NCBI GenBank assembly: GCA_937877025.1 | Contig: CALEGE010000009.1 | Coordinates: forward strand, 2,039 to 66,038 | Source of the DNA: an uncultured Spirochaetia bacterium | GTDB lineage: Bacteria; Spirochaetota; UBA4802; UBA5368 | Direction of reading: 5' to 3' | Length of the DNA: 64,000 bases | Shown: positions 59,484 through 64,000 of the stretch, piece by piece | Layout of the letters: each line of letters starts with the position of its first letter | Position numbering within the stretch: position 1 is the first letter of the stretch | Position numbers and translations under genes: made by a program | The notes under the pieces: model-generated | Told to the model about the DNA's origin: nothing | What the model saw: only the letters and a program-made list of their open reading frames with translations | Database searches by the model: none

Positions 59484-60671
59484 ATGAGTGAATATTGGGG
59501 TATAAAGGTAGAGGATATTTTCAACACCATGCCGGAACGATTCCGCCCCGAGGGCGCGAAGGGCGTCAATGCCTGTTTCGGCTATGACATCAAGGGCGAG
59601 GGGAAATGGAAACTGACTGTGGCGAATGAAACCCTGAAGGTTGAAAAAACCGGCGACCTCACCGGGTGCGTATCGGTAATGCTGGCCGATGGCGAGACGT
59701 TTGTGGGCGTGAACACCGGCAAGGTTGACGGCGTGAGCGCCTTTACCTCGGGCAGGGTCACGGTAGAGGGCGATTTCAGCGCCTTTGGAAAAACCGCGAA
59801 GATGTTCAAAAAGTATGTAAACGGCAAAAAAGAGATGAGCACGCGTGACTATATCCTCGACATGTTCGGGACGCTGGTAAGCCGTTTTCAGCCGAACGCG
59901 ATACCGGGGCTTGACGCGAAGGTGTGCTACGACATCGGCGGAAATGACGGCGGTGTGTGGACGGCTATCATTAAGGAAGGAAAATGCGAGCTGGTGGAAG
60001 GAAAGGCCGACAGGCCGACAACGATCCTGCATGTTAACGAAGCGAAGGACTGGGTTGACGTGATGCTTGGTAAATCGGACCCGTTTACGCTGCTTTCCGC
60101 GGGCAGGGCGTCGATCGAGGGCGAAACACAGATTGCCCTGAAGTTAGGGGAAATCTTCGCGAAGTACAAATCGCCCATCCCCGAAGGCGAGCCCGAGCAG
60201 GAGCTTATCGCCCTGAAAAAGGTTATATCGGTCAACCAGCGGTTTGCCACAGGGCCCGTTATGGGAAAATTTCTCAACGCGCTCAAGGAAAAGAAAATTT
60301 ATACAAACAAGTGCCCGAAGTGCGGACGCATTCATCTTCCCGCGCGGGAGGTGTGCGCCGAATGCCGTGTGCGCGCCGACGAATGGCTGGAGGTAGGCCC
60401 CAAAGGGCAGGTGCGTTACATGGAATACGTCTATTACTCGAGCCCCGACCCGCTTACCGGCGAGACGCGCGAAACGCCGTACGGGATGGTGAACATTTTG
60501 CTTGATGGCTGCAAAGGCAACGATACCTTCGCCCACCTCATCCGCCGCGACCAGATCGACAAAATCAAAGGCGGTAACAACGAAGTAGCGGGCACGCGGG
60601 TACGGCCTGTGTGGAACGAGCACCGTGTTGGCAGCATATTCGATATCAAGTATTTCGAAATCGATGAGTAG
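59484..60671 (+). CDS. SCP2-SCP2-DUF35 (Zn-ribbon/OB-fold) fusion protein
   Basis: Two SCP2-like repeats (FRPEGAKGVNACFGYDI; FQPNAIPGLDAKVCYDI), then CPKC...CAEC and the OB fold PYGMVNILLDG. Confidence 0.85.
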   Translation: MSEYWGIKVEDIFNTMPERFRPEGAKGVNACFGYDIKGEGKWKLTVANETLKVEKTGDLTGCVSVMLADGETFVGVNTGKVDGVSAFTSGRVTVEGDFSAFGKTAKMFKKYVNGKKEMSTRDYILDMFGTLVSRFQPNAIPGLDAKVCYDIGGNDGGVWTAIIKEGKCELVEGKADRPTTILHVNEAKDWVDVMLGKSDPFTLLSAGRASIEGETQIALKLGEIFAKYKSPIPEGEPEQELIALKKVISVNQRFATGPVMGKFLNALKEKKIYTNKCPKCGRIHLPAREVCAECRVRADEWLEVGPKGQVRYMEYVYYSSPDPLTGETRETPYGMVNILLDGCKGNDTFAHLIRRDQIDKIKGGNNEVAGTRVRPVWNEHRVGSIFDIKYFEIDE

Positions 60672-60682
60672 GGAGGGTGATG

Positions 60683-62107
60683 ATGAGTTTGAATTATGAA
60701 ACGAATGAATGTTTTACCGTGGAAGGGAAACTTGCGCTCCCCTACACATACTTCGCCGGAAAACTTGGCAGCAGGTTTATAACGACCATCCGCGACCAGA
60801 AAAAGATCATGGGCGTAAAGTGCCCGGCCTGCAACAGGGTGTACATCCCACCCCGCCAGACCTGCGAACGCGACATGACCGACCTTCGCGACGCATGGGT
60901 CGATCTGAAGAACACCGGGGAGGTCGTCAACTTCACGGTTGTCCGCTATAATGACAGGCACCTTCCGAGAAAAGCCCCGTTCGTGCTGGCAATGATAAAG
61001 CTCGATGGCGCCGATACGCCGTTTGCCCACATTCTCGAAGGGATCGAACCCGACAGCGTTAAAATCGGGATGAGGGTGGAAGCGGTATTTGCGAAACAGA
61101 CGACAAATACAATTCTCGACATCGATCATTTTCAGCCAATCAGGGATACAAAGGTATACGTTAAAGAAAGGGCCGGGGACGTTGCGAAACCGGAGGCTCC
61201 GGTAAAAACAAAAAACCAGATGGAAAAGGAGGAAAAAAGAAAAGCCATGTCAAGGAAGGTTATTATAACCGCGGCGCTGGCCGGCGCGGCGACAATGAAG
61301 AACCAGAATCCGGCGGTGCCGTATACGCCGAAAGAATTCGCCGAGGAAGCCGCGCGGTGCTACAAGGCGGGGGCGGCCATGGTGCACGTGCATTCGCGGG
61401 AAGAGAATGGCATGCCGACCCATGAGCATGCGCGCATCAAAGAAACGCACGACGCGATAAAAGACATGACCCCCGAGCTTATCGTCAACCTGAGTTCGGC
61501 GGTCGGCATGGGAAAAACTCCCGAGCAGCGGATCAGCCAGATTATTCACGTGAAGCCCGAAATGGCGTCGCTGAACACGAACACCATGAATTTCAGCATT
61601 GTCGACAGAAAGAGCGGCAAGATCTTCATCGATTTCGTATTCGAGAACACGTTTACGATGCTTCAGGATTTCGGCAAGGCGATGGAAGAAAACGGCGTGA
61701 AGCCCGAGATAGAAATCTATGACATGGGCGGACTCGATAACGTACTCATTATAATGAAGCAGGGCTTTTTCAGCGCGCCGATGAACTTCAACTTCGTATG
61801 GGGCGTGGCGGGCGGCCAGTCGTTCAGGCCTGAATCGTTTATTGCGCTTAAGAATGCGCTGCCCGCGGGCTCTAACTTTACCACCTGCGGCGTTGGTATA
61901 GAGCAGTTCCAGGCGATAACCATGTCGACACTGGTAGGCGGCCATATGCGTGTCGGCCTTGAGGATAACATCCGCATACCGAACGGCGAAATGGCGAAAG
62001 GCAGTTGGGAACAGGTCGAGTGGGCCGTAAGAATCGCGGAGGTGCTTGGCCGCGAGATTGCGACGCCCGACGAGGCTCGTGAAATTATGGGATTAAAGAA
62101 GCGATAG
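60683..62107 (+). CDS. DUF35 fused to a beta-keto acid cleavage enzyme (BKACE/Kce, DUF849)
   Basis: N-terminal CPAC...CERD and PFVLAMIKLDGAD. C-terminal KVIITAALAG, HVHSR, KPEMASLN, RVGLED. Confidence 0.88.
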   Translation: MSLNYETNECFTVEGKLALPYTYFAGKLGSRFITTIRDQKKIMGVKCPACNRVYIPPRQTCERDMTDLRDAWVDLKNTGEVVNFTVVRYNDRHLPRKAPFVLAMIKLDGADTPFAHILEGIEPDSVKIGMRVEAVFAKQTTNTILDIDHFQPIRDTKVYVKERAGDVAKPEAPVKTKNQMEKEEKRKAMSRKVIITAALAGAATMKNQNPAVPYTPKEFAEEAARCYKAGAAMVHVHSREENGMPTHEHARIKETHDAIKDMTPELIVNLSSAVGMGKTPEQRISQIIHVKPEMASLNTNTMNFSIVDRKSGKIFIDFVFENTFTMLQDFGKAMEENGVKPEIEIYDMGGLDNVLIIMKQGFFSAPMNFNFVWGVAGGQSFRPESFIALKNALPAGSNFTTCGVGIEQFQAITMSTLVGGHMRVGLEDNIRIPNGEMAKGSWEQVEWAVRIAEVLGREIATPDEAREIMGLKKR

Positions 62108-62121
62108 TGTGATTGAGCACG

Positions 62122-62183
62122 TACGGGGCGTCACTGTATATCCTGCTCCGGGGAATTCAGGGGACTTTCAGTACAGCCCCGTA
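62122..62183 (+). other. Intra-operon imperfect hairpin
   Basis: TACGGGGC (62122-62129) pairs with GCCCCGTA (62176-62183), with an inner CCTG/CAGG stem. Confidence 0.4.
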
Positions 62184-62217
62184 GCGATTGTTGAATTATC
62201 GAGGAAGAAGATCACTC

Positions 62218-62994
62218 ATGGATAAATGTGCATATGCGGTCGATGAGAAGGGGGTCGCGCTGCTTACGATAAGCAATCCTCCAATGAACGCGCTCGACGA
62301 GCAGACAATGAGGGAATTGGAGGCTTCGCTTATACGCATCGCGTCGGATGACAGTGTCAAGGTTGTGGTGGTGACAGGCGGCGGGCCGACGTTTGTCGTC
62401 GGGGCGGACGTGAACAAGGTGAGAGAAATAAATACCTGCGAGAGCGGGATTGCGACGACGTCCGAGGCGCAGGGGATTATCAACAGAATACAGGATTCGA
62501 GAAAACCGTTTATCGCCGCGATCAACGGATTGTGCCTTGGCGGAGGCACGGAGCTTGCGCTTGCGTGCCATATGCGGATAGCGGGCGATCAGGCGCAGAT
62601 GGGTTTGCCGGAGATATTGCTGGGGATAATGCCCGCGTTCGGCGGCACGCAGCGCGCGGCGCGGCTGCTTGGTCCGTCGCGGGCATTGGAGATTATGCTG
62701 ACGGGAAGGTTTGTCGATATGAGCGATGCCGACCGCATCGGGCTGGTTGACCGTGTGGTGCCGCACGCGGACGTTGTCGCAGAGGCGCAAAAACTTGCGC
62801 GGGGTATTGCGTCGAAAGGGCAGCTCGCGGTGCGGGCGATCGTGGAGGCGGTGATGGACGGCGTGAAGCTTCCCCTGGAGCAAGGGCTGCGGCTTGAGAG
62901 CGCGCTTTTTGGGCGGCTTGCCGCAAGCGAGGACAAGGAGGAGGGAATACGCGCGTTTTTGGAAAAACGCAGGGCAATATTCAAAGACAGATAA
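62218..62994 (+). CDS. Enoyl-CoA hydratase/isomerase (crotonase)
   Basis: PPMNAL, FVVGAD, AAINGLCLGGGTEL, GLPEILLGIMPAFGGTQR; both catalytic Glu present. Confidence 0.93.
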   Translation: MDKCAYAVDEKGVALLTISNPPMNALDEQTMRELEASLIRIASDDSVKVVVVTGGGPTFVVGADVNKVREINTCESGIATTSEAQGIINRIQDSRKPFIAAINGLCLGGGTELALACHMRIAGDQAQMGLPEILLGIMPAFGGTQRAARLLGPSRALEIMLTGRFVDMSDADRIGLVDRVVPHADVVAEAQKLARGIASKGQLAVRAIVEAVMDGVKLPLEQGLRLESALFGRLAASEDKEEGIRAFLEKRRAIFKDR

Positions 62995-63010
62995 AATAAT
63001 TTGGGGGGCT

Positions 63011-64000
63011 ATGGAGAAAACAATAAATGATGTTTTCAGAAATCGCGTAAAAAAATACGGGGACAGGCTCGCCATCGAGAAGAAACGTAAGGGCGCATGG
63101 GAACAGGCGACATGGAATCAGTACTACGGACGGGCGCGGGCTGCCGGTCTGGGCATGATTGCGCTCGGCGTGAAAAAAGGGGACCGGATATCGCTGATGT
63201 CGGAAAACAGGCTTGAGTGGCTTTACACCGACATGGGCGCTCTTGGAATCGGGGCGTGTGTGGTGCCGATATATCCAACACTCATCGCGGAGGAAGTGGA
63301 ATATATCGTCTCTCATTCGGAATCGAAGCTGCTCATCGTCGAAAATAAAACGCAGTACGAAAAAGCCCTCGCTGCGCTGAAAAAATGCCCCAGACTTCAA
63401 ACGATAATCATCATCGATACGGAGGATATCTCACCGCTGCCGAAATTCGCGATGACATTCAACGACATGATGGAACTGGGAAAGGCGGCGTACAACGAAG
63501 ACGCCGGTCTTTTCGAACGGCTTTCAGACGATGTCGGGCTCGACGACCTCGCCACAATTGTGTACACATCCGGCACTACGGGTCCGCCCAAGGGGGCGAT
63601 GATCAGCCATAAAAACATCATGGCGCAGATGCTGGCGCTTTCGAAGGTTACTCCGCCGTACGCGTACGATACCGACAGCACGGTGCCCTTTCTGCCGCTC
63701 AGTCACGTGTTCGAGCGCATCGCCGGGCATTTCTTCGGCATGTATGTCGGGATTACGTCGTCGTACGCCGAGAGCATGGACACGATCGTGCAGGATATTC
63801 AGGAAAAGCGCCCGACGATGATTCTCGCAGTTCCGCGCGTGTGCGAAAAGGTGTTTCAGCGTATCACCATGCAGGTGAAAGAAGAGCCGTTATGGAAACA
63901 GAAGGTCTTTTTCTGGGGCCAGAAGGTGGGGGCCGGAATAAGCGAATACCGCGAGATGAAAAAGAAAATACCGCTGGGGTTGCGGCTGAAATACGCGATA
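63011..64000 (+). CDS. fadD: Long-chain acyl-CoA synthetase (FadD-like), 3' end outside the window
   Basis: Hand translation MEKTINDVFRNRVKKYG..., ENRLEW, IVYTSGTTGPPKGAMISH, LPLSHVFER, VPRVCEK. Confidence 0.93.
   Translation, partial: MEKTINDVFRNRVKKYGDRLAIEKKRKGAWEQATWNQYYGRARAAGLGMIALGVKKGDRISLMSENRLEWLYTDMGALGIGACVVPIYPTLIAEEVEYIVSHSESKLLIVENKTQYEKALAALKKCPRLQTIIIIDTEDISPLPKFAMTFNDMMELGKAAYNEDAGLFERLSDDVGLDDLATIVYTSGTTGPPKGAMISHKNIMAQMLALSKVTPPYAYDTDSTVPFLPLSHVFERIAGHFFGMYVGITSSYAESMDTIVQDIQEKRPTMILAVPRVCEKVFQRITMQVKEEPLWKQKVFFWGQKVGAGISEYREMKKKIPLGLRLKYAI

Noticed and set aside
1-64000. Many long alternative-frame or antisense ORFs in the track (for example 642-1577, 19305-20420, 21399-22424, 32410-33339, 49433-50605, 57132-58643)
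   Set aside because: They overlap well-supported genes, have Arg/Ala/Gly-rich shadow composition and show no motifs, as expected in GC-rich DNA.

Overview
Core-genome window, probably from an uncultured anaerobic Spirochaetota assembly. This placement is an inference from Leptospira-style lipoproteins and SH3 proteins, a LipL31-like gene beside mfd, and anaerobe-type redox genes. It holds about 56 coding loci and no recognisable rRNA, tRNA, CRISPR array or IS element. Housekeeping genes: alr, serS, moaD/moaE, apgM, lon, mfd, plsC, wrbA, pepA, rnr, an RluA-family synthase and rlmD. Highlights: (1) a lipid/steroid-type catabolic operon with Ltp4-like and Ltp3-like thiolase-fold proteins lacking the thiolase Cys/His, SCP2-SCP2-DUF35 and DUF35-BKACE fusions, an enoyl-CoA hydratase and an acyl-CoA ligase; (2) a papain-like C39 peptidase + RLAN-RimK ATP-grasp + GCS2 ligase operon with no known product; (3) a small exported protein with Y-x-G-T-P-x repeats directly upstream of an O-antigen-ligase/O-OTase-like gene; (4) an RtcA pseudoenzyme coupled to serS; (5) a thioredoxin reductase lacking the NADPH motif; (6) an unannotated 43-aa zinc-finger microprotein; (7) a c-di-GMP/envelope operon. 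Quality warning: a 30-nt Illumina adapter splits one gene, and three other genes carry deletions or a frameshift that may be real decay or misassembly. All family assignments come from motif recognition by eye; no database searches were run.
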